A model generated the notes under the pieces. That model was not told the origin of the DNA. It did no database searches and saw only the letters and a program-made list of their open reading frames with translations. 64,000 nucleotides of DNA, from the NCBI GenBank assembly GCA_043228905.1, contig JBHGNT010000002.1, positions 17,918,001 to 17,982,000 on the forward strand, in the 5' to 3' direction. This document shows, piece after piece, positions 63,343-64,000 of the stretch. The DNA is from Azolla caroliniana. Taxonomy: Eukaryota > Plantae > Polypodiophyta. How positions within the stretch are numbered: position 1 is the first letter of the stretch; every line of letters begins with the position of its first letter. A program made the translations under genes and the position numbers.

Positions 63343-64000
63343 GCATCTGTCGTCAGAAGCTTGATGTATCCGATGGTATGTACCCGGCCGGATATCGAAT
63401 ATGCAGTCGGAGTGGTGAGCCGGTTCATGAGAAATCCCGGAAAAGAACATTGTAACGCGGTCAAGTGGATACTCCGGTATCCGAAAGGCACCTCGAGTAT
63501 GTGCCTCCGGTTCGTCTCTAGTAATCCCCAATTTGACAAATTCACGGATTCGGATATGTCGGCTGATGCGGATACTAGCCGGTCTACATTCGGATATATC
63601 ATGAATTATGCAGGGGGAGCTATTTCGTGGCAGTTGAGGTTGTAGAAGACGGTTGCGTTGTCAACCACAGAGGCGGAGTACATGGCAACTATGGAAGCCG
63701 GCAAGGAGATAATCTGGATGAAGGACTTCATCAGAGAGCTAGGGATCCAACAGGAAGAATACCAGCTCTATTATGACAGTCAAAGTGTCATCCACCTTGC
63801 GAAGAATGCGGCCTACCATTCCCGGACCAAGTACATCCAGAGGAGATATCAGTGGCTCTAGGAGAAAGTAGAAGATCAAGACTTTGTGCTGACGAAGATC
63901 CACACGAAGGAGAACGGGTCGGATATGCTGACCAAGGTGTTGACAACCGATAAGTTGGACATGTGCCGAAAGTGGATCGGGGTGGCGAGACATCCCATGC

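Larger units (their letters stand above)
53923..64000 (+). mobile_element. Decayed Ty1/copia H (Tork-like, related to G); LTR 53923-54404, PBS 54408, runs off the window
   Basis: MEESFGGMFKL gag; pol homologous to G with stops; RT 5' part deleted near 57548; interrupted at 55963 and 57842. Confidence 0.9.

Overview
Land-plant nuclear DNA, probably from a non-seed plant such as a fern or lycophyte (inferred from a Tcn1-like chromovirus and a nad2-like fragment that appears to need U-to-C editing). One host gene is visible: a 4-exon F-box gene of the SKIP24 type (15187-11672, minus). The rest is mostly nested transposable elements: two intact young Ty1/copia elements (43517-48844, 57842-63342), several decayed copias, a three-level gypsy nest (23360-40450), solo LTRs, a LINE tail, a MITE, SINE-like pieces and a small organelle-DNA mosaic. 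The main finding is a complete but decayed 6.7-kb TIR DNA transposon (54-6782; 32-bp TIRs, TTGA target duplication, inserted in a copia RT). It encodes, head-to-head, a Sola-like DDD transposase with a BAH-like tail and an intron-containing gene fusing a ParB/Srx-like domain to a beta-class N6-adenine/N4-cytosine DNA methyltransferase. A second, divergent relic of that methyltransferase with the same intron positions lies at 9245-9740. Also notable: a self-priming (Tf1-style) chromovirus and a gypsy element with an inverted PBS-like sequence where the PPT should be. All calls come from reading the sequence by eye; no database searches were run.
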